Shown piece by piece: positions 36,813 to 46,622 of a DNA stretch of 64,000 nt. The stretch's first letter is position 1; each line of letters starts with the position of its first letter. The notes beneath the pieces were generated by a model. It was not told where the DNA came from and did no database searches. It saw only the letters and a list, made by a program, of their open reading frames with translations. A program made the position numbers and the translations under genes. Source of the stretch: a virus (Duplodnaviria; Caudoviricetes). The stretch lies in IMG/VR virus record IMGVR_UViG_3300023178_000006. One strand, given 5' to 3'.

Positions 36813-37172
36813 TTAATGAACAGTTTGATTTCCAGTTTCAAACATAACGTCAAGCATATCGTGACAGTGTTCTGTATAACCTGCCTTAATTATATCTACT
36901 ACATGAGGAAATTCAGTATCTGTATCCACTTCAGCTACGAGTAAATCTCGTTTCTTTCCCGCGTGGAACATATCTTTTATATAGAAGTTTGCTGCCTTAT
37001 CAGATTTGAAAGAACATGCGGTTGTCAATCCGAAAGGATTGTTAGCAGCAAAACACGCATAAATTCTATTATCATCTTCTCTTCCTAGTTCACGCCCATC
37101 GTAAGTGCCTAGGAATACACCCATGTCTTTATCAATTATTATGTACCTTTTCTTTTTCATAGAGGTTGGCAT
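36813..37172 (-). CDS. hypothetical protein
   Basis: 119 aa. Confidence 0.65.
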   Translation of the reverse strand: MPTSMKKKRYIIIDKDMGVFLGTYDGRELGREDDNRIYACFAANNPFGLTTACSFKSDKAANFYIKDMFHAGKKRDLLVAEVDTDTEFPHVVDIIKAGYTEHCHDMLDVMFETGNQTVH

Positions 37173-37821
37173 ATGTCTCCCTAACCGCTTTGAAGTGTTC
37201 TATATAATCGTCTGGGTTGATAAAGAATTCTTGTGGTTCAGCGTCATCTACCCCGATTAAAACTACTCCTTGTTCTACTTTTTGTCCTGTTCTTTCTTCA
37301 AATGCTTTCGCATAAAAAGACACTTGCATAAAATAGTTTTGTATTTGGTCAACTGATTTTAATCTTCGAGAAGTTTTAAAATCAATAACCGAAAGTTTAC
37401 CATCATATTCAGCGATACAATCTACTTGGCCCGCAGTTTGCAATTCGTCAGAATATAGAAAAGCTTCCTGGAACCATATATTATTTATCTTATTGTCAAG
37501 TAGTGGTTTCATAGTGTTAAACATAAAAAGATTAGCAGGTTGTACACCTTCTTTATAATCTTCTTTATTGTCTAAGTAGTTTTCACAGAGTTTATGAACT
37601 GCAGTACCTCGTCTAGCAGCTTGAGAAGAAATACGATTCGCTTCTTCTTCACCTACACGTTTCCGCCAGGCCATTAATGAAGCTTTTCCTAGAATACCTA
37701 ACACAGTTGTGACTGATGGGTATGCTTCACCTGTTGGTGTGAAGTATCTTCTTCCTTGTTCTGTTGTTTTTCTTGTTATGGGAGGTAAATCAATCCCGTG
37801 GTTGTGGTGTTCAAATAACAT
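37132..37821 (-). CDS. PD-(D/E)XK exonuclease
   Basis: YPSVTTVLG, RGTAVH, AGQVDCIAEY..VIDFKTS, Q...Y. Confidence 0.85.
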   Translation of the reverse strand: MLFEHHNHGIDLPPITRKTTEQGRRYFTPTGEAYPSVTTVLGILGKASLMAWRKRVGEEEANRISSQAARRGTAVHKLCENYLDNKEDYKEGVQPANLFMFNTMKPLLDNKINNIWFQEAFLYSDELQTAGQVDCIAEYDGKLSVIDFKTSRRLKSVDQIQNYFMQVSFYAKAFEERTGQKVEQGVVLIGVDDAEPQEFFINPDDYIEHFKAVRETYANLYEKEKVHNN

Positions 37822-37839
37822 AATATAATATCCTTGAGC

Positions 37840-38142
37840 TTATGTGATGTCTACAGTTCTAGAATCTCCTATTTTCCATTGAGCTCTAAATTGTTCTGCA
37901 ATATGAGGACTTTCAAAAAAGAAAGTATATTGTTGGTCTTCTGGGTTGAATGAGTGAGACCAGACTTTTTCATCAAGTACTGATGTACACCATGCTAGGC
38001 ATTCAGCACCTGAATCTTTAAGATTTTTTGGTAACTTAACTCGGTATGAGTTTTTAGTTAACCATTGTAATTTGTAATTGTCTACTGTTTCCTGTATCAT
38101 AATTCTATTCTCTAAAAAGAATGGCGAGGTTGCCCTCGCCAC
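37840..38142 (-). CDS. hypothetical protein
   Basis: ORF after phoH; start uncertain. Confidence 0.55.
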   Translation of the reverse strand: MARATSPFFLENRIMIQETVDNYKLQWLTKNSYRVKLPKNLKDSGAECLAWCTSVLDEKVWSHSFNPEDQQYTFFFESPHIAEQFRAQWKIGDSRTVDIT

Positions 38143-38153
38143 CTCGTCAAAAT

Positions 38154-38921
38154 TTAAGCCACCGCAAATTGGGGCGAAAACTTAGTGTTAATTGTCTCCT
38201 TTGCTATTATATATTCTTTAACTAAACCGCTTCTTACGATGTCATTTACATTGAACTCAATTGTTCTGAAAGATTTATGCATCTTATTAATAACACTCAT
38301 AAAGCCGTCTAATCCCGATACGTCGTTTCGATTTCTCGAATTCAACAAGTCATCTTGTTTAGTATCTCCACAGAATATGATTCGTGAAGATTCACCTACT
38401 CTTGTGATGATACTATCAAGTTCATGATATGTCATTGATTGACATTCATCTACTACAATAATAGAATTATCAAACGTCAATCCTCGTACAAAAGAAGAAG
38501 TCATAAATTTGACCTGGCGTTTTTGTTTGAGAATTTCCCAAGCATCGCCTCTCCCAAATAAATCACATGTGATGTCTGCATAAGGTGTAGAATAAACAGC
38601 TTCTTTTTGTGCCTGAGTACCTGGCATGAATCCTTGTTCCCGTGTTTGTACAGCCGACCTTACGATAATTAATTGTTCGTATTGGTCTGATTCGAGAATG
38701 GATTTTAATCCTAAGTACATGGCGCACATAGTTTTTCCAGTCCCTGCTGTACCGATTGCTGCTATATTATATCCCGCACGATATGAGTCAAACATATCTT
38801 CCTGTGTGATTGTAATGGGTTTTATCGGTCTCATACTGAATTTGGAATTTAGCGTTCCGGTCTTCAATTCACGTTCTAATCTTCGTCTCTCCTTTTGAGA
38901 AATACGACGTTGTTTCGACAT
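38154..38921 (-). CDS. phoH: PhoH-family ATPase
   Basis: GTAGTGKT, GFMPG, FVRGLTF, VDECQ, GDTKQDD. Confidence 0.93.
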   Translation of the reverse strand: MSKQRRISQKERRRLERELKTGTLNSKFSMRPIKPITITQEDMFDSYRAGYNIAAIGTAGTGKTMCAMYLGLKSILESDQYEQLIIVRSAVQTREQGFMPGTQAQKEAVYSTPYADITCDLFGRGDAWEILKQKRQVKFMTSSFVRGLTFDNSIIVVDECQSMTYHELDSIITRVGESSRIIFCGDTKQDDLLNSRNRNDVSGLDGFMSVINKMHKSFRTIEFNVNDIVRSGLVKEYIIAKETINTKFSPQFAVA

Positions 38922-38965
38922 ATATAACCTCCTTATGGCAAATCAACATCATAATGTAAAGGTTA

Positions 38966-39208
38966 TTATTTCCAATCGTTGATTTTGTTTCCTGTGTAAC
39001 TTTTATTGTTTTTCATCGACGAAAGCAAATCACGAAATCCTTGGTCGGGTTTCATTCGACCAAGACGCGCAGACTCAATCACGGTTTGTCCGCTAATAAT
39101 TTGTTTAAGGTTGGGATTATCTTTGAGGAAGGCTTCCCTTTCCGAGATTTTGAGAATTTTCTCGAAGGTTTCACCTGTTTCTTTATCTTGAAATTCGTAT
39201 GTTGGCAT
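38966..39208 (-). CDS. FmdB-like small protein
   Basis: MPTYEFQDKETGETFE pattern, upstream of phoH as in many T4-like phages. Confidence 0.6.
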   Translation of the reverse strand: MPTYEFQDKETGETFEKILKISEREAFLKDNPNLKQIISGQTVIESARLGRMKPDQGFRDLLSSMKNNKSYTGNKINDWK

Positions 39209-39236
39209 TAAATAGTAATCCAGACTTTCATAAATT

Positions 39237-39244
39237 TATTTATA
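39237..39244 (-). promoter_or_regulatory. T4-type late promoter
   Basis: TATAAATA on the - strand upstream of the FmdB-like/phoH genes. Confidence 0.65.
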
Positions 39245-39866
39245 CGATATGTTCGTACAGTTCTTTCCAATTTTTAACTTTTGGAAAATTATCTGATTGG
39301 TAGTCTTTATTATGAGTGTGTTCAATCAGGAAGGGTCTCAGACCTAATTCATGCCCTAGTTCTGCATTGACAGGTTTATCCTCCACCCAAATACATCCTG
39401 TGTTTCTGTATGGTTCCAGTGCATCGTCTTTATCAGCGCCACAAGGTAGGCAAACTACTTCTTCAAATATATTTTTACCAAATAGCTTTTCGAGGTTTCT
39501 TACTCTCAGTTTTTTAGCATAAGGGTCTGTGCTTAGAGAAGTAATACAATGGAATACGTATCCATGTTCTTCATGTAATTTTCTTACATACTTAACTGCA
39601 TCTCTAAGAGAATGAAGGAAACCAATCTGTGCACTTTCATTAAATTGAATGATTAATGATTTACCTTCAGCGTATGGTATACCAAAGCTTTCATTAATCT
39701 TATAATGACCAGGTTCTTTTACTTCATACCCTCTATTAATCATAAACTGATAGAAGCTATATTCCCAATCAAGAAGAACACCATCACAATCGACAAGAAT
39801 CACCTTGTCGCTTATATCCATTTCTCTAAACACGTTAGTGTTACTACCGTAAATTTTCATAATCAA
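39240..39866 (-). CDS. HAD-family 5'(3')-nucleotidase-like phosphatase
   Basis: VDCDGVLLDW, CITS, WVEDK. Confidence 0.8.
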   Translation of the reverse strand: MIMKIYGSNTNVFREMDISDKVILVDCDGVLLDWEYSFYQFMINRGYEVKEPGHYKINESFGIPYAEGKSLIIQFNESAQIGFLHSLRDAVKYVRKLHEEHGYVFHCITSLSTDPYAKKLRVRNLEKLFGKNIFEEVVCLPCGADKDDALEPYRNTGCIWVEDKPVNAELGHELGLRPFLIEHTHNKDYQSDNFPKVKNWKELYEHIV

Positions 39867-39871
39867 GTTGT

Positions 39872-39900
39872 ATTATAACACAGTTTTTTGCATTTGTCAA
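39872..39900 (-). promoter_or_regulatory. sigma70-type early promoter
   Basis: TTGACA-17-TATAAT. Confidence 0.88.
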
Positions 39901-40070
39901 CTGTTGTCTGACCAATCTTTAAAATTTTTGAATTTTTCTGACCTGCGTTGACGTCGAGTGTCACGTCTTTGTTTCTTCTTACGTTCAGACTTTCTATCTT
40001 CTCGTCTGTTATATTCGTTCCACTCTTCTTTATTTTTATCACGAAAGCTTCTAAAGCCTTTCCGAGACAT
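39897..40070 (-). CDS. 57-aa highly basic protein (not in ORF track)
   Basis: MSRKGFRSFRDKNKEEW...RRQRRSEKF; better SD spacing than the overlapping 39863-40078 frame; stop overlaps the -35. Confidence 0.55.
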   Translation of the reverse strand: MSRKGFRSFRDKNKEEWNEYNRREDRKSERKKKQRRDTRRQRRSEKFKNFKDWSDNS

Positions 40071-40108
40071 CGAATCATTATCCTTAGGTCATATAGACCA
40101 AATCTAAT

Positions 40109-40546
40109 TTAGACTCTAATAGGGTCTGTGAAAATTGTTGGGAAAGCAGTTTCAACTGTTTTCTTAGTAAGTCCTTTCACTGCAGTGTGACTAATCATAT
40201 TTTTTGCCAATAAGTCAGCGTCACCATTTTCAATATCTTCTAATAAAGAAATGAATAGTGATTCTCTTTTGACTTGTGGTAAATCGTCATAGCCTCCTCC
40301 TTTAAAGAAAATACGCAGTCTACGAGCTTCTCTATAAAGTAGAGTTGTCGCATCTGGAAAATTATTTTTCTTCCAAGGTGGTGGAGTGTCTGGTACTAAG
40401 AATTCGATATCTTCATCATAGATAAGTCTTAGTACAGTTCTTACTGGAACAGCATCATTTTGTTGAAGCCATTCTGCTTTTTCTTTTACTGATTTAAACT
40501 CTTTGCACTTATTCAGTACTTCAGAGATTGATAGTTTGATAGCCAT
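40109..40546 (-). CDS. conserved T4-like hypothetical protein
   Basis: LYREARRLRIF..RESLFISLLE pattern, downstream of rnh. Confidence 0.7.
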   Translation of the reverse strand: MAIKLSISEVLNKCKEFKSVKEKAEWLQQNDAVPVRTVLRLIYDEDIEFLVPDTPPPWKKNNFPDATTLLYREARRLRIFFKGGGYDDLPQVKRESLFISLLEDIENGDADLLAKNMISHTAVKGLTKKTVETAFPTIFTDPIRV

Positions 40547-40549
40547 AAT

Positions 40550-41410
40550 TTAAAAATCCTGTATATCTGTTATTAAGTTTTTTAATTTTTTCTTAACAAA
40601 GAAATTAAAGAGATGTTCTCTACCCACATTCTTTTCAGTGTGGTATGCTTCGAGAATTGTATCTTTATATTCTTGTGGAATTTCAGATAAGTCAATCATC
40701 TTCTTATTTCGATTGTATCGAAGTTTTGTTTCTTCGTCCATACATTCTGGTTCAGTTGTAAACGCAGTAATCTTTTTCTTAGTCATTGGTCTTTGACGTT
40801 CACCAATGGCGAGACAATTATCAGCACTAAGAATATTAGGAATACCGTCGCCTACATCACCTTTCAATATGTGTTCTGAAAGGTATTTATTTGGATTGTC
40901 ATTCCTTACCCAACGCTTAAGAGTTGGATTGTACTGGTCTACATTCGCATACTTATGTAATTGAATAAAGTCCTTATCACCAGAAAGAATTAAAAACCTT
41001 TCGCCACCAGTATTCAGTTCAGTACCTTCTTCGTGAATAATGGTTGCAATAATATCGTCAGCTTCACACCTTTCGATATAGAGTACCTTATAAGGAAAGT
41101 ACTCAGTAATTTCTTCTCTTATTTGATGAATAGCTTCGAAGAGCTTGTTCCAATCCATGTCGGATTCATCTCTACTCTTTTTCCTATTCGCTTTATAATA
41201 AGGGAAGTAGTCACGCCTCCATACGTCTTTATTATCGACACATAGGATAATTTCACCATAATCTTCGTGAAACTTTTTCCTATTGAAGCGTAACGAGTTT
41301 AAGAACATATGCCTTAATAAGTTTTCATCAAGGTCAATGTCCGTATGATTACCAATCTGTGCAAACAAAGATGAGAGCATCATTTGGTTATAATCTACTA
41401 AAATAGCCAT
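40550..41410 (-). CDS. rnh: T4-type RNase H (5'-3' exonuclease)
   Basis: ILVDYNQ, WRRDYFPYYKANR, EADDII, SGDKDF, GDVGDGIPN. Confidence 0.93.
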   Translation of the reverse strand: MAILVDYNQMMLSSLFAQIGNHTDIDLDENLLRHMFLNSLRFNRKKFHEDYGEIILCVDNKDVWRRDYFPYYKANRKKSRDESDMDWNKLFEAIHQIREEITEYFPYKVLYIERCEADDIIATIIHEEGTELNTGGERFLILSGDKDFIQLHKYANVDQYNPTLKRWVRNDNPNKYLSEHILKGDVGDGIPNILSADNCLAIGERQRPMTKKKITAFTTEPECMDEETKLRYNRNKKMIDLSEIPQEYKDTILEAYHTEKNVGREHLFNFFVKKKLKNLITDIQDF

Positions 41411-41443
41411 AATATAATTCCAATTTAATTTAATTCAGTGTAT

Positions 41444-41472
41444 ATTTTAATCTATTTCTTCATCATTGTCAA
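41444..41472 (-). promoter_or_regulatory. sigma70-type early promoter inside the 3' end of the upstream ORF
   Basis: CAGTTGACA-17-TAAAAT. Confidence 0.75.
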
Positions 41473-41842
41473 CTGTTTTTTGCAAATCTTTTTTCAGACC
41501 GCCTACAGTTTGAGCTTCACCACTCTCCATTATAACTACATTTTCCTCTGCAAACCTTTGAAGAGGGTGGTCTAAGCCCATAGTTAATGAATGTAATGAT
41601 TTGATGGATTCAAAAATTAAAATCATACTTGGAAAGTATTTGTCAATCTGTGAATCAAAATCACACCCTGCTCTGGTCATTTCACCCAGAACGTTTTCCC
41701 ATAATATTTCTGCTAATTCTGTAGAATAGCTTTCTTTATATCTTAATAATCTGTCACTAACATCACTCGCACTAAGTGGAGGGTTGTCTATGTGTATGTT
41801 TGGAAATTGAACAACATTATCCGGCTTCTTGTTCTTTGCCAT
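41447..41842 (-). CDS. hypothetical protein
   Basis: NVVQFP motif, 131 aa. Confidence 0.7.
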   Translation of the reverse strand: MAKNKKPDNVVQFPNIHIDNPPLSASDVSDRLLRYKESYSTELAEILWENVLGEMTRAGCDFDSQIDKYFPSMILIFESIKSLHSLTMGLDHPLQRFAEENVVIMESGEAQTVGGLKKDLQKTVDNDEEID

Positions 41843-42788
41843 GTATAATATTCCTTAGAAGCGTTTCCCACATAACTTTAAATGAAGCGATATTATTTCG
41901 AGCTAAGTTGAAACGGTCCGAATAAGTGAAACCGTGGAAATAGTTAGAGTCTTGTTTCATACTCTGTAATACTTGTTTTGTCACTGCATAACAATAGTTT
42001 GCATGTGCCTGATTCACTTCATTAAAATCATACATGATTGTAGCGTTTGAAGCAGTCTCTGGTAATGCACCGTAATTTGGGTGAATACAAATCATCTGAC
42101 TCTTAATTGCTTCAATCAACGCAATACAAGAAGTTTCTTTCCACACGTTGGGATACATGAAAATATGCGATTTGTCTAATGCTTCTAGTACTTCTTCATT
42201 CGAAACATTTCCATGGTAAGTCATATTGTCATGCGACTCTATAGTTTTAAACAATCCTTGGTAAGGCTCATCTCTTTGTGGCCAACCGTAAATATCGAAT
42301 GAACTATAAACATCCAAATGTATATTATCGAAATCATTACACAAAGCATCAAAGATTGGAACGACAAGTTCTAATCCACGATGAGGTGTTGTATGATAAA
42401 CGAAACGGATTGTTTCCATATCTTTTTCTTTTGGTGAGTATTCTTTCTCAACAGCATTATGAATAACTGAACACTTAGAATATGGAATACCAAATCTTAA
42501 GACATATTGGTCTCTTTGCCATGCTGATACAAAAACGAAATGGTCAAATTTTTTCCAACCATCGTCTAATAAGATTTTATTCTCTGGGTCTTCAGCTAAA
42601 TCATGGCACCATAAAACATTAGGTACATCTTCATACATCTCTCTTGGTCTTGATAAATGTACTGCAACTTTCTCTAAAATACTTTTATCAACGTTATCAA
42701 CGAAACGTTGACGCATCATTTCAGTTCCACCCTTTGAATTTTTGGATAGTTCTGAATCGATTACTTGACCTTTATATACTACACTCAC
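41817..42788 (-). CDS. GT-B glycosyltransferase
   Basis: GGTE, YHTTPHRGL, YPNVWKETSCIALIEA. Confidence 0.85.
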   Translation of the reverse strand: MSVVYKGQVIDSELSKNSKGGTEMMRQRFVDNVDKSILEKVAVHLSRPREMYEDVPNVLWCHDLAEDPENKILLDDGWKKFDHFVFVSAWQRDQYVLRFGIPYSKCSVIHNAVEKEYSPKEKDMETIRFVYHTTPHRGLELVVPIFDALCNDFDNIHLDVYSSFDIYGWPQRDEPYQGLFKTIESHDNMTYHGNVSNEEVLEALDKSHIFMYPNVWKETSCIALIEAIKSQMICIHPNYGALPETASNATIMYDFNEVNQAHANYCYAVTKQVLQSMKQDSNYFHGFTYSDRFNLARNNIASFKVMWETLLRNIIHGKEQEAG

Positions 42789-42970
42789 TTTACATACTCC
42801 TGAACATTAACAGTTTCATTATCGATTTCTTTTTCTAGTTGTTCTGCTCTATTTTCCAATACACTAATTGTAGTATAGAAATGACCTTTTGCTTGACCAC
42901 CTAGTTCACGTTTAAATTCTTCTACTAATTCCCAAATTGCTTTGAGTTTATTTACTTTACTTAATCTCAT
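42785..42970 (-). CDS. hypothetical protein
   Basis: 61 aa, ATGA-coupled. Confidence 0.55.
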   Translation of the reverse strand: MRLSKVNKLKAIWELVEEFKRELGGQAKGHFYTTISVLENRAEQLEKEIDNETVNVQEYVK

Positions 42971-43743
42971 AATTTTGCATCTCCAAATATGTCATCTAAT
43001 GATTTTTGACTTCCTTTCTTGTCCCACCAATCTGTTAAGTATTCATAAGAATAAATCGCTGACGGCGTTTGTTCGTTATAACAATATATATTCTTCGAAC
43101 GGAAGTCAGTGACGTTATGATTAAACAATGGGAATGTAATCACATCTCCAAATCCGCATAATACATTATTTTCAAATGCGTTAGCGGAACCGAGTGGCAT
43201 TCTAAAATGAAGTTTGCCTGGGAAAGCACCAAAATAATAGTCGAGTAATACTTCAGCATACTTTCTTTTCAGTACATAAACTTGTAATCCGTGGTCCCAT
43301 TCCGTACGCCTACGCGGGAACATGGGAGGATATTCATGCCAAACATCATAAGGATACTCAAATACTAATCCTAGTTGTAGAGCACCCCAATCATAATCAT
43401 TACACCTTTCAATGTATTCACTTAACGTAAAATTCCAATGTTCTAAAGGTGTGAAGTCAACATCATCTTCTAAGAAAATACCATACTCTTCGTCAGTATT
43501 TTCGTACCACCACTTAATAGTTAAAAGGTGAGATGATGTAACACCTTTGGTACATTTGCTAATTAAATCAGGGTCACCTTCAAAAGGAATACTGACTCCT
43601 TCTTCATATCTATCATAAACGTGTATCTTATAGTTGTCAACACCTAAGCGTTTGAATTCGCTTTCTGTTAACTCTTTTCTATCAGTACACTCTTTTAAGT
43701 TTATGACGTTAAGCGTCGGTAGGTTCTTCAGTCGATAAGTCAT
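42967..43743 (-). CDS. GT25-like glycosyltransferase
   Basis: VINLKECTDRK, SSHL, FLEDD. Confidence 0.75.
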   Translation of the reverse strand: MTYRLKNLPTLNVINLKECTDRKELTESEFKRLGVDNYKIHVYDRYEEGVSIPFEGDPDLISKCTKGVTSSHLLTIKWWYENTDEEYGIFLEDDVDFTPLEHWNFTLSEYIERCNDYDWGALQLGLVFEYPYDVWHEYPPMFPRRRTEWDHGLQVYVLKRKYAEVLLDYYFGAFPGKLHFRMPLGSANAFENNVLCGFGDVITFPLFNHNVTDFRSKNIYCYNEQTPSAIYSYEYLTDWWDKKGSQKSLDDIFGDAKL

Positions 43744-44362
43744 ATTGTAATTTTAACTCACTATGTATGTCCATTAATGTATTGTGGAAATTTCTTAAAG
43801 AACCATTGTTATGAATTCGATATGTTTTAATATCGAACTTTTCATCTAAAACAAAAGACTTTTCAATCGGTGTTTCATGACCAATTGTATATTCTTTAAA
43901 AAGTTTTCCGTCGAAGTATCTACGTGAATCAGTTGAGAAATCATGTCCCTCTCTTGTGATTTGAACAAGGACAATGTTTTCTTCACCTAATTTTTCGATT
44001 ATTGGTTCTAACTCTTCGATGAATCCACCATCTGCAATAGCATAGCTTTTTCCATCTTCAATCTCTTCAGCAACCATGCGTCCAAAATAATCTTTTCCAT
44101 TTTTTGGTTTGACTATATCTTCAGATACATGAATCATTGCTTCTCTACGAGACATTTCTTTAAGAGCGAACTCTTTCTTTTCTTTTACTTCTCTATCGTC
44201 ATAACCTTCCATAAACCAGTCTTTATCGACTTCGAAGTGATTAATTGTTTCTTTGAACAATTGGTATTTAAAACTCAGGTTACCGAAACCAAATACTTCT
44301 TTAAATAAAGAAGCAGCTTCGTCTTTACCTGAACCGGGCGGGCCATTGAAAATTACTATCAT
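43709..44362 (-). CDS. deoxynucleoside monophosphate kinase
   Basis: NGPPGSGKD P-loop, IADGGF..E. Confidence 0.75.
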   Translation of the reverse strand: MIVIFNGPPGSGKDEAASLFKEVFGFGNLSFKYQLFKETINHFEVDKDWFMEGYDDREVKEKKEFALKEMSRREAMIHVSEDIVKPKNGKDYFGRMVAEEIEDGKSYAIADGGFIEELEPIIEKLGEENIVLVQITREGHDFSTDSRRYFDGKLFKEYTIGHETPIEKSFVLDEKFDIKTYRIHNNGSLRNFHNTLMDIHSELKLQYDLSTEEPTDA

Positions 44363-44925
44363 ACGTCTTTTTCCAAATTAAAAATCTGATGGAATCCAAA
44401 TTTTGCCATATAGTATGAGTCGGCTATATCACTTATAGGATTCCACTGTTTGTTTATTATACCACATTTCTCGCGAATGTCAACCCCTGTTTCAGATTCA
44501 AAAGCTTCTATCATCATTTCTTTATTGCAATTCCCTTTGTCAGTGGCAAATTTCTTTATCATTGTTGGTGCATAAATATCTACACCAATATGTTGTTCCC
44601 ATAATTTATATTTTAGTAAGCCAGCATTCTCAGCAATTTGAAATACTCTTCCAACTGCACCAAATGCATAACCTTCTAGTGAAACTATATCTACACCTCG
44701 ATTTAAACAAGTACTTATAGACCATTCTGCAAGTCTGTCAAATCTCTCCATATCTTCTCTATATTGAGGATATAGAGTTGGTAAGTATTGAGAGTCCTCT
44801 GTATTCAAAAACTTTTCTTTACTTACTAAATAGTAAAAAGTGCAATTCTTATAATCCCACTCTTTACCTTCGTGAACACAAATAGCAGGGCTACTTAAAC
44901 TGTAATCTATTCCTGCAATAACCAT
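44359..44925 (-). CDS. RuvC-like Holliday junction resolvase/endonuclease
   Basis: AGIDYS, LEGYAFG, KKFAT.KGN, DIADSY. Confidence 0.75.
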   Translation of the reverse strand: MVIAGIDYSLSSPAICVHEGKEWDYKNCTFYYLVSKEKFLNTEDSQYLPTLYPQYREDMERFDRLAEWSISTCLNRGVDIVSLEGYAFGAVGRVFQIAENAGLLKYKLWEQHIGVDIYAPTMIKKFATDKGNCNKEMMIEAFESETGVDIREKCGIINKQWNPISDIADSYYMAKFGFHQIFNLEKDV

Positions 44926-44963
44926 AACATATCTCTTGTTTCACTGTACATAGAGATATTTAT

Positions 44964-45521
44964 TCATTCTTGACGGTAAAATATATGAGTTCCTATCGTT
45001 CCTACTTGTTGTAATGTAGGAGCCCAATAAGGACTTACCCATGTCGTGTGATAATGTGTTGCACCTTCTGTTAATCCACGGTACTTATTATTTTTAATAA
45101 CATGATAAGCGATGTTAAGTGATTCATTCCAAGAGTCAGTATCAAGTGGGTCATCACTCTTACCATCACAATACCAACTAAACTGACATGCATTCCTTAT
45201 TGGTACGAGCCTCTCTGGGTCTTTCCAAGAAGGTTTGTGCTTCCCTTGGTATATTACACCACATATATCATTAGGGTACCTGTCGTCTCTTACTCTATTT
45301 AAAACAACATCAGCAACTGCATATTTACCTGCTAAGTTTTCTGAACGTGATTCGTGATAAATGTTTAATGCTAGACAATGTTCTTCTTTTGATACTACCC
45401 AATCGTAATCAATACCAGGCTCAGCTTTCACTTCACTTGACCATAATATAAAAATCATGAATATAAGGGTCACGTATAGAGGACTCATATTTAAATGAAA
45501 GTTTTTATCGAATTTGCTCAT
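44964..45521 (-). CDS. SleB-like cell wall hydrolase
   Basis: CLALNIYHESRSE, VVLNRV, CQFSWYCDGK, GATHYH. Confidence 0.9.
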   Translation of the reverse strand: MSKFDKNFHLNMSPLYVTLIFMIFILWSSEVKAEPGIDYDWVVSKEEHCLALNIYHESRSENLAGKYAVADVVLNRVRDDRYPNDICGVIYQGKHKPSWKDPERLVPIRNACQFSWYCDGKSDDPLDTDSWNESLNIAYHVIKNNKYRGLTEGATHYHTTWVSPYWAPTLQQVGTIGTHIFYRQE

Positions 45522-45817
45522 GCTAATAATGCTTGAGTTTGAGAAGGCGTTACCTTTCTTTGGTAATCGTCAATAAGTGCATCACCATCAAGCTTCTCAC
45601 CAAATGTATGAATCACCTTTCCGTTTTTCTCTCTCACGATTAAACCACTATTATACGTAGTATCAGTTACATACTGATTGTCTGCCGTATCTTCTGGTCT
45701 ATCATCATACCACATACTATTTAAAGAATGTACGTGTATACCTTCTACTCCTTTTGCCCATTTCTCAGCGGCAATGAGTAGTCTTTGTCTTTCGACTTTA
45801 TCGTTATATTGCGTCAT
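45518..45817 (-). CDS. hypothetical protein
   Basis: 99 aa, coupled. Confidence 0.65.
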   Translation of the reverse strand: MTQYNDKVERQRLLIAAEKWAKGVEGIHVHSLNSMWYDDRPEDTADNQYVTDTTYNSGLIVREKNGKVIHTFGEKLDGDALIDDYQRKVTPSQTQALLA

Positions 45818-45820
45818 ATA

Positions 45821-46024
45821 TTACTCCCAGCGTATTTGCTCTTCGATTGCATGTTGTACACCTTGTAAAAAGTCTCTATCCTCTTCACTAAGCACACTCC
45901 AAAATTTTGTAATGTCTGTTGTAAAATCCATTGCTGCTTCCGCATGACCAATGTGTTTATTTTCTTTCATTAACTTTTCAAGCTTATCCAATCTTTCTTG
46001 AATACGTGTTTCTAAATCACTCAT
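45821..46024 (-). CDS. hypothetical protein
   Basis: 67 aa, coupled. Confidence 0.65.
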   Translation of the reverse strand: MSDLETRIQERLDKLEKLMKENKHIGHAEAAMDFTTDITKFWSVLSEEDRDFLQGVQHAIEEQIRWE

Positions 46025-46188
46025 CTCTCAGGTCCTCTGTGTACGGCATGACCTTTCAAACTACATTCAGGTCCGCAATACACTTGAGAATGATAACCAT
46101 TCTTTTCTACTTTATAATATACTAGGTTTGTAAACGCTTTCCCACATATGTCGCAGGAAAATTTATGAATAGGATAGTCAATTTTCAT
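46021..46188 (-). CDS. 55-aa Cys4 Zn-finger (TRASH-like) protein (not in ORF track)
   Basis: CDIC-x22-CGPEC; ATGA overlaps at both ends. Confidence 0.7.
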   Translation of the reverse strand: MKIDYPIHKFSCDICGKAFTNLVYYKVEKNGYHSQVYCGPECSLKGHAVHRGPER

Positions 46189-46604
46189 CGTGCCATCCTG
46201 CTGATATCTTCAGCTTCTTTTTGATTAATAACTGGAACTGCATTGGATTTATGCATTGTTGCAATACCCTTTACAAGAGTCCCAGTATATTTAGGTGAAT
46301 CTTTAGCAGTACCACGTCCATCAGACTCAGTTAAAGGTGCTGATGGATAGAGTTCACGATGATTGTCAACTCGCCATGTTGTAGTTGGTGTGTAAGGTTT
46401 GAATTCTGTTTGGATTTTTGTACGACCATAACAATAATCGATGTATTGTTGAAGTGTGTCATATCTTAAATCGTGCATACCTTTACGTTTCATATCACGA
46501 TTATGTTGTCTCCACTGAAGTTCAAGTTCAGCGTATTTTGCTTTTGTGATTTTTAGTTTACGCTTACGAGTGTTAAGCGTAGACAATCCTCTAGCTAATC
46601 CCAT
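46185..46604 (-). CDS. conserved phage hypothetical protein
   Basis: C-terminal GIATMHKSNAVPV motif. Confidence 0.7.
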   Translation of the reverse strand: MGLARGLSTLNTRKRKLKITKAKYAELELQWRQHNRDMKRKGMHDLRYDTLQQYIDYCYGRTKIQTEFKPYTPTTTWRVDNHRELYPSAPLTESDGRGTAKDSPKYTGTLVKGIATMHKSNAVPVINQKEAEDISRMAR

Positions 46605-46622
46605 AATATAAATCTCAATTAA

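Noticed and set aside
39863-40078. Tracked 71-aa ORF
   Set aside because: It runs through the promoter and has 2-nt SD spacing; the alternative frame 39897-40070 fits better.
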